Shown piece after piece: positions 1 through 12,785 of a stretch of DNA of 64,000 bases. Under the pieces are notes generated by a model. That model saw only the letters and a list, made by a program, of their open reading frames with translations. It had not been told where the DNA came from and made no database searches. The translations under genes were made by a program, and so were the position numbers. The DNA is from Octopus sinensis (Eukaryota), in the NCBI RefSeq assembly GCF_006345805.1, contig NC_043011.1, forward strand, positions 62,012,464-62,076,463, read 5' to 3'. Each line of letters starts with the position of its first letter. Within the stretch, counting starts at the first letter, position 1.

Positions 1-23
1 CTGCCAATAATAATAATAACAAC

Positions 24-380
24 AAAAGCACTCAGAGAGCGCAACCTGTGCCAAGGCAACACCAACATCCACTCAATGATTAGTCGGAGATGATTTTTAA
101 AATGAGAATATCTGAAATAAACTAGATTGCTCTCACAAATGAGAATACTAAAAATGAACCTGAGTGCTCTCAAAAATTAAGTAAAAAAACAGGAAAAATA
201 ATCGAGAATCCTTGTCCAGTACTGGATTGATCCCAAAATCTAATCAGTTTGTGCCAGTCACAAGGCCAAACATCCCTGAAAGTTTCATCCAAATCCATCC
301 AGTGGTTCTTTAGATATCTTGTCCATGGATAAACAAACAACATGCAAACAATAGCTCCACCTTTGCTAAGGCAGAAGTAA
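24..380. mobile_element. Putative non-autonomous DNA element, Crypton-like MITE type (tentative)
   Basis: Starts AAAAGCACTCAGAGAGCGCAACCTGTGCCAAGGC, contains AAAGTTTCATCCAAATCCATCCAGTGGTTCTT, and ends CCTTTGCTAAGGCAGAAGTAAT. This resembles, from memory, non-autonomous elements with ACCTCCGCCAAGG-type ends. Family assignment is unverified. Confidence 0.3.
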
Positions 381-639
381 TAATAATAAGCCCCCCCACC
401 CCCACCAGCAAGTTCATGTGCTATTTATGGCCCCACCTGCAAGGTCAACGTGCTGTTTCTTTTGATATGGGTTTGCCATGAACACCATGTCACGCACATA
501 TGGTTGTGATGCATGTGCCTGGTGTACCCTTATCAGGCAGGTAACCATGGTTACCTGGGCTTCGTTTATTTTACCCCAGTGTCACTTTGATGTCATGCGT
601 TGCTCTCTCACCCAATAATGATGATGATGATGATGTTGA

Positions 640-865
640 TAATAATAATAATAATGGTTTCAAACTTTGGTACAAGGTCATTAATATTGGGGGAAGGGGG
701 CGAGTCAATTATATCGACCCCAGTACTTATTTTATCGACCCTAAAACAGTGAAAGGCAAAGTTGACCCCAGCAGAATTTGAACTCGGAATGTAAAGACGG
801 ACGAAATGTCATGAAGCGTTTCGCCTGGCATGCTAACCATTCTGCCAGCTCTCCGCCTGAGTAAG
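640..865 (-). mobile_element. tRNA-derived SINE, family A (tail type 1)
   Basis: Reverse complement of the GGCGAGCTGGCAGAA...GAGTTCAAATTC...GACTTTGCCTTTCA motif shared with more than 10 copies in the window. Boundaries approximate. Confidence 0.8.
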
Positions 866-1439
866 AATGATAATAATAACAGGCACAACAGTATCTTAAC
901 AATAAATCTCTAGAATTATGATAGCACTTGTTTTGTTTAATGCTTATTATTTTGAGGATGTGAGAGGAGTTTCCTGTATCACCACAAACACTTATTAAAT
1001 GAAGTTTTAACGCGAGTATTTATTATAATAACTTGCCCCTCGCATGATTTATTATTTGGCAAGCCCACAAGAGAGCCGCTACCTAGCCACTTGAAGTGCT
1101 AGAAATAGCAACCAAATCTCCCTACTATCTTGCCATAACAACATTTTCCTTTCATAGCAAAATATGCACCTAATTCAATAAAATTATGAAGGTTACTCTG
1201 ATTATTATGCATAAAATGCAAAGTATTTTATTTTTCTGTAGATTACATAGGCATAATTCACCCCTACCTTTCAGTCTCAGTATTTAAGCTATGCATAGTA
1301 GTAATGCTGTAGTACACATGCTGCGTACACTCCTACAACAATGTTTTCTTTAGGTGCTATGAAGGCAGAAGTAAATCTGCCTTCAACTCAGTCACACACC
1401 TGTGTTTCGCTTACTTTTTGTGTGTTTTACTATATAAAG

Positions 1440-1960
1440 GTCACCGACTGCCGACCCTGAGTAATTACTGACGGCATGTGGGTATTTTTACGTGCCACTG
1501 GCATGAGGGCCAGTCAGGCGGTTCTAGCAATGACCATGCTCGAAGGTGTTTTTACATGCTACCTGCACAGGTGCCAGTCCAGTGGCACTGGCAATGACCA
1601 CGCTCAAATGTTGTTTTTCACGTGCCACCAGCACATGTACCGTTAAGGCGATGCTGGCAACGATCATACTTGAATGGTGCTTTTCACGTGTCACCGGCAT
1701 AGGAGCCAATCCGTGGCCCTGGTAATGATCACACTTGGATATGTTTTTAACGTTCCACTGGCACGAGTACCAATCAGGCAGTACTGTCATCGGCCACGTC
1801 AGTGATTTTGATTTGTTTACACTTGCCTCATTAGGTCTTTGCAAGCAAAGTTCATTGTCCAATGAATGGGGGGTACTCATAACTGGGTCGGTTACACCCC
1901 ACGTTCTGATGTGCTGGTACCATCATTGGCCACGTCAGCAATTTTGATTTTGTTTCATCT
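1440..1960 (-). mobile_element. RTE LINE 3' UTR fragment
   Basis: Repeated GTGCCAC(C/T)GGCA units and GGTCTT(T/C)GCAAG-like motifs matching the 3' UTRs of the two long RTE copies. Boundaries approximate. Confidence 0.6.
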
Positions 1961-2008
1961 CTAAATTAGACAAATATTTCATTTACTTATTACTAATTAA
2001 ATGAAATA

Positions 2009-2195
2009 CAGGTGCCTGTTCATTAGTAGGAATGGTTCAAGTTTATTTAGAGTATATTGCAGAGGATGTTGCAGTTTAGTGCTGCCCAGTAAAACAGTTT
2101 GGTCGATGCAGGAATTTGAAGTTCCGGCTTGTAAATTAGTGCCAATTCTAAAAGGTTCTGAACCACCTGTGTTCAGAAAATTAGTGTTGCACCTG
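2009..2195. mobile_element. Possible Tc1/mariner-type MITE
   Basis: TA-CAGGTGC at 2007-2015 and GCACCTG at 2189-2195 form a 7-bp terminal inverted match. The right TA is replaced by TG, so support is weak. Confidence 0.3.
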
Positions 2196-2199
2196 TGTG

Positions 2200-2320
2200 T
2201 GTATGCATCTATGTATGTATGTATGTAGGTATGTATGTATGTATGTATGTATGTATGTATGTATGTATGTATGTATGTATGTATGTATGTATGTGTGTAT
2301 ATATATGTGTGTGTGTGTGT
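2200..2320. repeat. (ATGT)n/(GT)n microsatellite
   Basis: Directly visible tandem repeat. Confidence 0.95.
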
Positions 2321-2455
2321 GTCCATCCAACCCATGCCAGCATGGAAAACAGATGTTAAACGATGATGATGATGTGTATATTTACATATATTTTTACTTA
2401 CATATGTATATATGCCTATATCTATCTATCCATATATATATATATATTTATATAT

Positions 2456-2497
<42 letters not shown>

Positions 2498-2543
2498 TAA
2501 TCGATAGATAGCTTAATAGATAAATCTATATACATATAATGCA

Positions 2544-2576
<33 letters not shown>

Positions 2577-2599
2577 ATATATATATATATATGTATAAA

Positions 2600-2970
2600 G
2601 GAGTGGCTGTGTGGTAAGTAGCTTGCTTACCAACCACATGGTTCCATGTTCAGTCCCACTGCGTGGCACCCTGGGCAAGTGTCTTCTATAGCCTCAGGCA
2701 AACCAAAGCCTTGTGAGTGGATTTGGTACACAGAAACTGAAAGAAGCCTGTCGTATATATGTATGTGTGTCTGTGTTTGTCCCCCCAACATTGTGTTACA
2801 ACCGATGCTGGCATGTTTATGTCCCCCGTAACTTAGCGGTTTGGCAAAAGGGACCGATAGAATAAGTACTAGGCTTACAAAGAATAAGTCCTGGACTTGA
2901 TTTGCTTGACTAAAGGCGATACTCCGGCATGGCCACAGTCAAATGATTGAAACAAGTAAAAGAAAAATAG
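2600..2970 (+). mobile_element. tRNA-derived SINE, family B (CORE-like domain, internal TA/TG microsatellite)
   Basis: GGAGTGGCTGTGTGGTAAG head, GGTTCAGTCCC B-box-like motif, CCTGGGCAAGTGTCTT core, and CAGTCAAATGA(C/T)TGAAACAAGTAAAAGA tail. About 20 full or partial copies occur in the window. Confidence 0.85.
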
Positions 2971-2998
2971 GAAAGAATATAGACATAGATAGATAGAT

Positions 2999-3334
2999 GA
3001 CCCCCTTCGGTCAGACACTGACCATGGGATTGCACCTAGAAAGTTACCCTCTGAGGCACAAGTCTGGGCAAGGTTGTTTTATGGAAGACCAGCAGTCGCC
3101 TATGCATACCGGCCTCCCCTCTCCACGTCACCGATGTTGTCCAAGGGAAAGGCAAGGGCCGATACAGCTTGGCACCTGTGACGTCGCAACTCATTTCTAC
3201 AGCTGAGTGAACTGGAGCAACGTGAAATAAAGTGTCTTGCTCAAGAACACAACACGCAGCCCGGTCCGGGATTCGAGCTCACAACCTCACGATCGTAAGC
3301 TTGACGCTCTAACCACTGAGCCACGCGCCTTCAC
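2999..3334 (-). mobile_element. tRNA-derived SINE, family C
   Basis: Minus strand reads GGCGCGTGGCTCAGTGGTTAGAGCG (A box)...GAGCTCGAATCCC (B box)...TTCTTGAGCAAGACAC. It is flanked on both sides by TAGATAGATAGA and is similar to 46621-46944. Confidence 0.85.
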
Positions 3335-3374
3335 TAGATAGATAGACTGATGCATACATACATACATACATACA

Positions 3375-3601
3375 CTTTTACTTGTTTCAGTCATTTGACT
3401 GTGGCCATACTGGAGCACCACCTTTTAGTCGAGCAAATCGACCCCAGGACTTATTCTTTGTAAGCCCAGTACTTATTCTATTGGTCTCTTTTGCCGAACC
3501 ACTAAGTGTCGGGGACATAAACACACTAGCATCGGTTGTCAAGCAATGCTAGGGGGACAAACACATACACACACATATATATATATACATATATACGACA
3601 G
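3375..3601 (-). mobile_element. SINE B, 3' half (split by RTE insertion; 5' half resumes at 6819-6900)
   Basis: Family B sequence stops at ...TATACGACAG (3601) and resumes as ACGACAGGCTTCTTTCAGTTTC at 6819. Confidence 0.85.
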
Positions 3602-6208
3602 AGACCTTATCTTTGTGGCTGGTGACTTCAATGGTCACATTGGACGACATGCTGGGGGCTTCCATGGCGTACATGGAGGCTATGGAACCAGGCTGCTGGA
3701 GTTCTGCGATGCAAATAATCTTATGATTTGCAACACTAACTTCAGGAAACCTACCAGCCACCTAGTCACTTACCAATCGGGCCAACATACCAGCCAAATT
3801 GACTACATCCTTACAAGGCAAAGGGAGAGATGGCTGCTTATAAATGCCAAAACTTTCCCAGGTGAAGAATGTACCCCACAACATAGACTGGTAGTTAGTG
3901 ACTTTAGGATCAGGACTAGGAGGACAACCAGAAGACGACAAATATGGAGAAGAAGGATCTGGAAGCTTAAAGATCCTGCAAATGGACAGAGATTTAGGGA
4001 CATATTACTTGAAGCCTCTGACGAAGTAGAAGGGGATAGAGCATCACAGGGGGTAGAAGACAGCTGGACGTTTCTAAGGGACAACCTGCTGAGAGCCACT
4101 GACCAGATCTGTGGCTGGTGCAAAGTCCCCTCTCGACCTAGAATAACGTGGTGTGGAACAATATTGTAGACAGGGCTATTAGAGAAAAGAGACAGGCTTG
4201 GAAGGTCTGGAAAAATGGGGGTAGCAGGGAATTGTATCAGACTGCCAAAAGAGAAGCTAGGAGACAGGTTTATTTAGCCAGAGGGGAAGCAGATAAGAAA
4301 AAATTTGCCAATGTTCTGCGCCGTGAGGACCAAAGACTGGAGGTGTTTCGTGTTGCAAGACAGTGTGTGAGAGAGAATCGTGATGTGGTAGGAGAGAAGT
4401 GTGTTCGCATGGAAGATGGTTCACTTGCGCTAAATGAGGATGCAAAGAGAGAGGTTTGGAGATGCCACTATGAAAGGTTGCTGAATGAAGAAAATGAATG
4501 GGATAAAGAGAGTCTGCCGAATGTTGACCCAACAGAGGGACCAGCTATCCGAGTTGATAGTTCTGTGGTAGCTAAGGCAATTAGAAGCATGAAGACAGGG
4601 AAAGCCCCAGGCCCATCAGGAATCACTGCAGAGATGCTCAAAATGTCTGGTAGTGTCGGCTATAGCCTAGTCACCCATATAGTTAATCAGGTGATACACA
4701 AAGGGGTCATACCCAATGACTGGTGTAGCAGTATAATAGTCAACTGCTACAAAGGTAAAGGTGATGCCCTAGATACAAATAACTACAGAGGTATCAAGCT
4801 GTTGGACCAGGTGATGAAGGTTACGGAGAGGGTCATAGCCCAACTAATTAGAGAGAGAGTTAGTTTAGATGAGATGCAGTTTGGGTTTGTGCCAGGAAAA
4901 GTACTACTGATGCTATATTCCTGGTAAGGCAGCTGCAGGAGAAATACCTAGCCAAAGATAAGCCCCTGTACCTGGCTTTTGTTGACATGGAGAAAGCCTT
5001 CGACAGGGTCCCCCGATCCCTTATCTGGTGGGCAATGAGAAAACTAGGGATAGATGAATGGTTAGTGAGAGCTGTGCGGGCCATGTATAGGGACGCCGCT
5101 AGTAGGGTGAGGGTTGGAAATGAGTACAGTGAAGAATTCCGGGTAGAGGTAGGGGTCCACCAAGGCTCAGTACTCAGCCCCCTCTATTTATCATAGTCCT
5201 CCAGGCAATAACGGAGGAATTCAAGACAGGATGCCCTTGGGAGCTCCTCTATGCTGATGACCTTGCTCTAATTGCTGAGTCGCTATCAGAACTGGAGGAG
5301 AAGTTTCAGGTGTGGAAACAAGGATTAGAATCGAAGGGTCTCAGAGTCAATCTAGCTAAAACCAAAGTCGTAATCAGTAGGAAGGTAGACAAATCACAAA
5401 CACCTTCAGGTAGATGGCCCTGCTCGATCTGTAGAAAAGGTGTAGGTAGAAACTCTATAAGATGCACCAAGTGTAAGCTATGGACACATAAGAGAGATGC
5501 AGCAATGTCAAAGGAAGGCTAACTAGGAAGATGGTTTTTGTATGTGGCAGATGCTCAGGAACAATAAACACTGAAAATGCTCTGAGACCAACTTCCGTCA
5601 CTTTCCAGGGAGAAAAACTAGAAATAGTTGATAGTTTCCGTTACCTAGGTGACCAAGTCAGCAGCGGGGGCGGGTGTGCTGAAAGTGTAACTGCTAGAGT
5701 AAGAATAGCTTGGGCAAAGTTCAGAGAGCTCTTACCTCTGCTGGTGACAAAAGGCCTCTCGCACAGAGTGAAAGGCAGACTGTATGATGCGTGTGTACGA
5801 ACAGCCATGCTACATGGCAGTGAAACATGGGCCGTGACTGCTGAGGATATGCGTAAGCTCGCTAGAAATGAAGCCAGTATGCTCCGATGGATGTGTAATG
5901 CCGGTACTCACACTCGGCAGAGTGTAAGTACCTTGAGAGAAAAGCTGGACCTAAGAAGCATCAGTTGTGGTGTGCAAGAGAGACGTTTGCGCTGGTATGG
6001 TCATGTGGCGAGAATGGATGAAGATAGTTGTGTGAAAAAGTGCCACACCCTAGCGGTTGAGGGAACCTGTGGAAGAGGCAGACCCAGGAAAACCTGGGAC
6101 GAGGTGGTGAAGCACGACCTTCGAACTTTAGGTCTCACTGAGGAAATGACTAGAGACCGAGACCTCTGGAAGTGTGCTGTGCGCGAGAAGACCCGGCAGG
6201 ACAAGTGA
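3602..6208 (+). pseudogene. Frameshifted APE-RT ORF of the RTE element
   Basis: ORF-track pieces 3546-4169, 4148-4927, 4987-5196, 5310-5522 and 5531-6208 join into one APE-RT-zinc-finger polyprotein broken by about four frameshifts. Confidence 0.9.
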
Positions 6209-6818
6209 GTCCACAACCCATGGCCTTCTACATGGGATGGAGCCAGCCTACGTATGCATACCTTCCCTTCTTGGGACACAAAACTCTACTTGTGAAGACG
6301 TGTTGAGGCAAGTGAGGATCAGAATCGAAATCGATCAATGGAAATTGCGGATGTGCTACCAGTGCCGGTGGCATGTCGAAACTCTGCTTGTGAAGACCCA
6401 TTGAGGCAAGTGAGGATCAGAATCGAAATCGATCAATGGAAATCGATCAATGGAAATTGCAGATGTGTTACCAGTGCCGGTGGCATGTAAGAGAACTTTC
6501 CGTTTCGCGACCGTTGCCAGCACCGCCCCGTTTCGTGTCCGTTGCCAGCCTCGCCTGGCCCTCGTGCCGGTGGCACATAAAAAGCACCATCCGTTCGTGG
6601 CCGTTTGCCAGTTCTGTCTGGCACCAGTGCGGGTGGCACGTAAAAAGCACCCACTACACTCACGGAGTGGTTGGCGTTAGGAAGGGCATCCAGCCGTAGA
6701 AACACTGCCAGACTTGACTGGGCCTGATGAAGCCTTCTGGCTTCACAGACCCCAGTAGAACCGTCCAACCCATGCTAGCATGGAAAACGGACGCTAAATG
6801 ATGATGATGATGATGATG
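3602..6818 (+). mobile_element. 5'-truncated RTE-clade non-LTR retrotransposon
   Basis: APE endonuclease motifs (VAGDFNGHIG, SQIDYIL, QHRLVV), RT motifs (YRGIKLL, QFGF, KAFDRVPR, GVHQGSVLSP, LYADDL at about 5247-5264), RTE C-terminus (RLRWYGHVARM...RGRPRKTW), 3' UTR and (GAT)n tail. ACGACAG is present at both junctions. Confidence 0.95.
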
Positions 6819-7404
6819 ACGACAGGCTTCTTTCAGTTTCTGTCTACCAAATCCACTCACAAGGCATTGGTCGGCCCGGGGCTATAGCAGAAGACACTCG
6901 CCATAAGAGTAAAATGGTGTTATGAATGGTTGTAATTTAAGTGTGTTTGTTCATTGTTGGCCCAGGGCTAAACAAGCTCCAAGACAGTAACAACAACAAC
7001 AACAATGGCAAAACAATTAATTTTAGTTTATGTTAAAGATTGATTAATATACGAGTTTCATTAAGAGGTTAGTTAATATTTAATCGATTCCATGTGAAGT
7101 GGTAACAGTTAGCACGTCGTGTGGCACATGGGGCGATTAGCTGCCAGAACTGCCCCTCGCTACTCCCTCTCTGCCTTCATCTGCCATGCAAGCCAAGAGC
7201 AAGTTTGGTACCCGTAGCTGCTATCATGTATATTAAGAAATAAATTCCTGCAGTCAGTTCTTTAGTGATGCCATCACTTGAAGGCGGACAGGTTGGTGTG
7301 GTCGTTGAAGCTTATATACGGCCTCATAGCTTGCTAGAAATAGCAGCCAAATTTTGTCTACCACACACTGTAGAGTCAGTAATGGAGGTAAAAAAAAAGA
7401 ATGT

Positions 7405-7559
7405 ATAACCACATGGTTCTGGGTTCAGTCCCACTGCATGGCATCTTGGGCAAGTGTTTTCTACTATAGCCTCGGGCTGACCAAAGCCCTGTGAGTGGAT
7501 TTGGTAAACGGAAACTGAAAGAAGCCCCTCGTATATGTATGTGTGTATATGTGTGTGTA

Positions 7560-7590
<31 letters not shown>

Positions 7591-7800
7591 GTATGTGTGT
7601 GCATGTGTGTGTATGTTTATGTTTATTCCCCCACCATCGCTTGACAACTGATGCTGGTTTGTTTATGCCCCCGTAACTTAGCGGTTCGGCAAAAGAGATA
7701 GGCTTACAAAGAATAAGTCCAGGGATCGATTTGTTCGACTAAAAGCAGTGCTTCAGTATGACCACAGTCAAATGACTGAAACAAGTAAAAGAATAAAAGA
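7405..7800 (+). mobile_element. SINE B
   Basis: Family B core, internal (TG)n and tail. Confidence 0.8.
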
Positions 7801-8504
7801 ATATATAGTTTGGGGTTCAGCCCCACTGTGTAGCACTTTGAGCAAAAGTCTTTGTCGAGGTGGACTTTGCCTTTCATCCTTTGAGTACTGGGGTCGATGT
7901 TGTCGACTATTCCCCTCCCCCAAATTTCAGGCCTTTTGCCTATAATAGAAAGGATTATAGTCTTATGTCAACCAAAGGCTTGTGAGTGGATTTGATAGAT
8001 GGAAACTGAGAGAAGCCTCTCGTGTGTGTGCGTGTGTTTGATGGCTGTAAATAAGCATCACCATCATACAAGCAATGCTTTTTGTTCCCGGCCTTCCCTG
8101 AGAAACATGTCTGGCTAAGGGGGAAATATGACCTCACATGGAAACCAGTGAGAGTTGGTGACAGGGAAGGCATCCAGCTGTAGAAGACTTGCCTCAAGAA
8201 ATTTCATTTGAGCCATGCAAGAATGGAAAAGTGGACGTTGCTGAGGGACAATGTTTCTGAGAGGAAAAAGAGAAAAAAAATGGTATGGTTGTTCTTGACT
8301 GGAATGTCTTTGGACTTCACTCTGCTTGATCCAGAGTTAATTTACTTTGGTCACATATTCTGTGTTTAGGCATTAAAAAGGAAGGACGTGGGAGGGGGTG
8401 CATTGAATTGTAGAAAATGGGGACGGGGTGTCGAAAAAGTGTCCGTAAAAAATGAAAGAGAATCTGCCTCTTCATCACCATCAACATCAACATCATCATC
8501 ACCT

Positions 8505-8650
8505 TCATCATCATCATCCTCGTCATTTAATATCTGTTTTCCATGCTGGCATGGGTTGGATGATTCGACAGGAGCTGGCGAATCCGGAGAGCTGCACCAG
8601 ACACCAATTGTCTCCCATGGCATGGTTTCTACAGCTGGGTGCCAGGGATG
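8505..8650 (-). mobile_element. RTE 3'-tail fragment
   Basis: CATCAT...TTTAATATCTGTTTTCCATGCTGGCATGGGTTGGA matches the reverse complement of the RTE 3' end. Confidence 0.7.
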
Positions 8651-8944
8651 GTAGCTGAAAATTCTTGAGAAGTGCTGCTCTACATGGCCATGTACACTGC
8701 TATAAATAACAGCTACCCCTCCCTCAAATCAAGTTCCTCTCCCCACCCCTCGCAACATCTCAGGGAAAGGAACACTTTGGTCAATGTGATCCTGGGTTCT
8801 GTTAACTTGAGAAAATGACAGAATGGTCACAGCAGGGAATAGCTAAGATCATAAGTCTCTGCTTGATCAGGATTGACCTGGGGCTAAACAACAACATCCA
8901 CTCCACTTCCCTTTTCTCTCCCCTCCACTAACCATGCTCCTGAA

Positions 8945-9480
8945 ACCACCCCTCTCTTGTCACTGTCACCACCACCACCACCACCACCACCACCACCACC
9001 ACCTCCACCACTACCGCAACCAATACCATCACCACCACCACTATCACGGGCCTCAGCCACCACTACCACCATGACCATCACCACCCATAAATCTGTCAGG
9101 TGTGTTCATAGATGTTTAGTTTCTCCAAACTAATGATTTATTGGTCAGTGTTGGGGACGTTTAGGGGTGATGTAGGGCAGGGGTACGGAGGGGGGGATGG
9201 GATGAGCCCTGAGCAGATGTGGTGTAGCATGGAGGGATTAAATAGGTAGGGATTAGTGGTGGTGGCGGCAGTGCTGCTGCTGGTGGTGGTGGTGGTGGTA
9301 GTAGTAGTGGCAGTAGTAGTAATGGTGGTGGTGGTTGCAGTTGCAGTGGTAGTCTTAGGAGTTGTGGTTGCGATGGTAGTAGTAATGCCGGTAGCATTAG
9401 CAGTAATAGTGGCAGGGGGCAGCGCTGGTAGTGGTGGTAGTCTTAGAAGTAGTAGTAGTAGTAGTGATTGTGGTGGTTAA
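8945..9480. repeat. (CAC)n and (GTG/GTA)n low-complexity tracts
   Basis: Visible trinucleotide repeats that produce the spurious poly-G/P/V ORFs. Confidence 0.85.
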
Positions 9481-9846
9481 TGTGGTTAGCCCCCCCCCCC
9501 CGATTGCTTTCATACAGATTCTCTGATAGATATCGATCAGCACTCCCCTACATTAATTTCTTCTGTTCTCCAGGGCCCCACCCCCCTCAGGCCTGCTCCC
9601 CCCTCTCCCCTCCCTCTCCCTTTTCTATCACCACTTTCTAATGGTCTCAGTGTTCCTGATTGATTGATTGATCAAACAGTCTTGTAATCAATACAGTTCT
9701 TATTCATTGACCTTTTATCACCTTCAATCAAACTGTCTTTTGATCAGTATTATAATCATGTTATTTTATTGTTGTAGTTGTTGCTGTTGTTTAACCCGGG
9801 GTCAGGTTTGATTGAGTGAGTCTATGATCAATATTAAGGTTATCTT

Positions 9847-10295
9847 GAAGGCGGCGAGATGGCAGAAACGTTAGCACACCGGGCAAAAGGCGTAGCTGCA
9901 TTTTGTCTATCTTATGTTCTGTGTTCAAATTCTGCCAAGGCTGACTTTGCCTTTCATCCTTTCAGGGTCGATAAATTAAGTACCAGTTGCATACTGGGAT
10001 CAATCTAAATGACTGGCCCCCTGTCACAAAGATTTCGGGCCTTGTACATAGAGCAGAAAAGAATATTAAGGTTGTCTTAAGGTGGTGGGCTGGTAGAAAC
10101 ATTAACACACCGGGCGAAAGGCTTAGCGGTATTTTGTCTGTCTTTATGTTCTGAGTTCAAATTCCGCCAAAGTTGAGTTTGTTTTTTATCGTTTCATTGG
10201 TCAATAAAACATCTCCCAGTTGGGTACTGTGGTGGGGGTGATGTAATTGACTGCCTCCCCTCCTCTTGAATTGCTGGCCTTGTGCTAAAATTTGA
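9847..10295 (+). mobile_element. Two tandem SINE A copies
   Basis: Heads at about 9847 and 10079, each preceded by ATATTAAGGTT(A/G)TCTT. Confidence 0.8.
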
Positions 10296-11204
10296 ACTCA
10301 GTGTCATGATTATCTCATGTTGCCATTGTTTAACCCCAGGTCATCTTTGGTCCAGCAGACCTATGATGAAAGGCATTCCAGCTGTGAACATCCTGTCGTT
10401 TTTTCCTTTTGCCTACCATATTATTCTGCATTTATTTTTGTTTCAGTCATTAGACTGTGGCCATGCTGGGGCAATGCTTTGAAGAATTCTTGGTCGAATA
10501 AATCAACGCCAGTTCTTCTTTGTGTTAAGCCCGGTCCTTTTTCTGCCAGTCTCTTTTGCTGAACCACTAAGTTACAGGTATGCCAACAAAACCAACACCA
10601 AACTGGAGAGCTGCACCAGGTTCCAGTCTGATGAGTGTATGCTCACGCACATGTGTGTCCGTGTGTCTGTGTGTGAGTGATGCTGCTGATGAAGATGGTG
10701 GTTGCAGTGGTGATGGTGGTGGTGGATGAAGATGATGAAAGATAGGGGTTAGGATAATCAACCTATTTATCTTGCGTTCAAAAGTAGGTGTCACTATGAA
10801 GAGATGATCAATAGTATTGATGGTGTTGCTAGGCCATTATTTATCAATACGTTTGATTAGTTTGTAAACTGGTCTGTTTGTTAAGATGTTAAGATATCAC
10901 GCATTTAATATCACAGACAATCGACGTGTGTGGCGGTGTGTATGTGTGGAGGTGTGTGTAAAGATATGTGTGTGTATGTGTATTTGCGAGTAAAGTGTTT
11001 ATATTGGGTGTTTGTATATGTGTATTATTGTATTTGCTTATGTTTTTCTGTGTATGCATAGATGAGTATGTATGGGCGTGTATATGTTTGTGTAAATATG
11101 TTAGTATGTGTGAGTATGTGTATGTGTGTATGAAAATGCATGTATGTCTGAGTGTGTGTGTATGTGAGGAGTTTTGCAAGTGTAGCGTAAATACAGTGTT
11201 TATT

Positions 11205-11585
11205 GTCATGGCACTCCGTTGGTTACGACGTCGAGGGTTCCAGTTGATCCGATCAATGGAACAGCCTGCTCGTGAAATTAAGTTGCAAGTGGCTGAGCAC
11301 TCCACAGACATGTGTATCCTTAATGGAGTTCTCAGGGAGATTCAGCATGACACAGAGTGTGACAAGGCTGACCCCTTTGAAATACAGGTATAACAGAAAC
11401 AGGAAGAAAGAGTGAGAGAAAGTTGAGGTGAAAGAGTTCAGCATGGTTCGCCACCACCCCCTGCCAGATTCTGGTGGAGCTTTAGGTGTTTTCGCTCAAT
11501 AAACACTCACAACGCCCAGTCTGGGGATCGAAACTGCGATCCTACGACCACGCGTCTGCTGCCATAACTACTGGGCCATTGTGCC
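11205..11585 (-). mobile_element. tRNA-derived SINE, family D
   Basis: Minus strand reads GGCACAATGGCCCAGTAGTTA...GTTTCGATCCCCAGAC. The body GGCACTCCG...GGAACAGCCTGCTCGTGAAAT...GAAATACAGGT is shared with 33100-33462 and partly with 39462-39750. Confidence 0.8.
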
Positions 11586-11907
11586 ACCATGTAAGTACAG
11601 TGTTTATATATACACATGTATTGATGTATGCACACATGAGTGTATATTTATGCATGAGCGCTAATGTGTGTATGTGATATATATCTTTTGTTTTTCACTT
11701 GTTTCAATCATTAGGCAGTGGCCATGCTGGGGCACTGCCTTCAAGAACTGTAGTCAAACGAATCAACCCCACTACAGTACATTTTCTTTAAAGCTTGTTA
11801 CTTATTCTATCAGACCCTTTTGGCCAACCACTAAGTGACAGGGATGTCATCATTGCCAACATTGGTTGTCAAGCAGTGGTGCAGGACACACACACGCATG
11901 CACACAC

Positions 11908-11952
<45 letters not shown>

Positions 11953-12006
11953 CATGCACTTATATTCATTTCTTGGAAACGATAAATTACTGAGTATTCT
12001 TTAATA

Positions 12007-12315
12007 CAGTGGTTCCAAAACTTTTTCAGGCTGCCACCCCCTTGACACCCAGGCCACATTCTTACTACCCCCACCCCAACTAACCCTCACAAACATAGAC
12101 CTCTTTCTGAAGCAAATTCAAAGCAACTGTATTTCACAAATAAAACGTAACCTAATCAGCCCTTTATTATTTTGTTTTTACGTGAATCGCACCCCCATTA
12201 TTACCTCAATTTTTACAGGAATCGCTACCCCATTATCGCCCCACTTATCTTCAATGCCCCCTTGGAACTTTCCACTGCCCCTGGGGGGTAACACCACCCA
12301 CTTTGGGAATCACTG
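12007..12315. mobile_element. hAT-like MITE
   Basis: TIRs CAGTGGTTCCAAAA / TTTGGGAATCACTG. The 8-bp flanks CTTTAATA and TTTTAATA match at 7/8, the TSD length typical of hAT elements. Confidence 0.75.
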
Positions 12316-12402
12316 TTTTAATACTTTATAACTGAACGAACCCTTTTTCCAGTCGCAGGGGTTACTCATTTCTGATCCTCAGCTGGTAATCTGAGCTTGT
12401 AT

Positions 12403-12564
12403 GCTGTGTGGTAAGTAGCTTGCTTACGAACCACATGGTTCCAGGTTCAGTCCCACTGCCTTGCACCTTGGGCAAGTGTCTTCTGCTATAGCCTCGGGCC
12501 AACCAATGCCTTGTGCGTGGATTTGGTAGACAGAAACTTAAAAAGAAGCCCGTCGTATATATAA

Positions 12565-12598
<34 letters not shown>

Positions 12599-12785
12599 AT
12601 GTCTGTGTGTCTGTGTTTGTCTCCCCAACATTGCTTGACAACCGATGCTGGAGTGTTTACGTCCCCGTAACTTAGCAGTTCGGCAAAAGAGACTGATAGA
12701 ATAAGTATTAGGCTTACGAAGAATAAGTCGAGGTGGTGCTCCAGCATGGCCGCAGTCAAATGACTGAAACAAGTAAAAGAGTAAA
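12403..12785 (+). mobile_element. SINE B
   Basis: Complete head, core, microsatellite and tail. Confidence 0.85.

Noticed and set aside
6724-6745. CTGATGA-AGCC/GGCT hairpin in the RTE 3' UTR as a hammerhead
   Set aside because: No GAAA follows stem II, and there is no stem III or cleavage triplet.
8945-9480. (CAC)n followed by (GTG)n as a designed hairpin
   Set aside because: Complementarity between low-complexity tracts is expected by chance at this microsatellite density.
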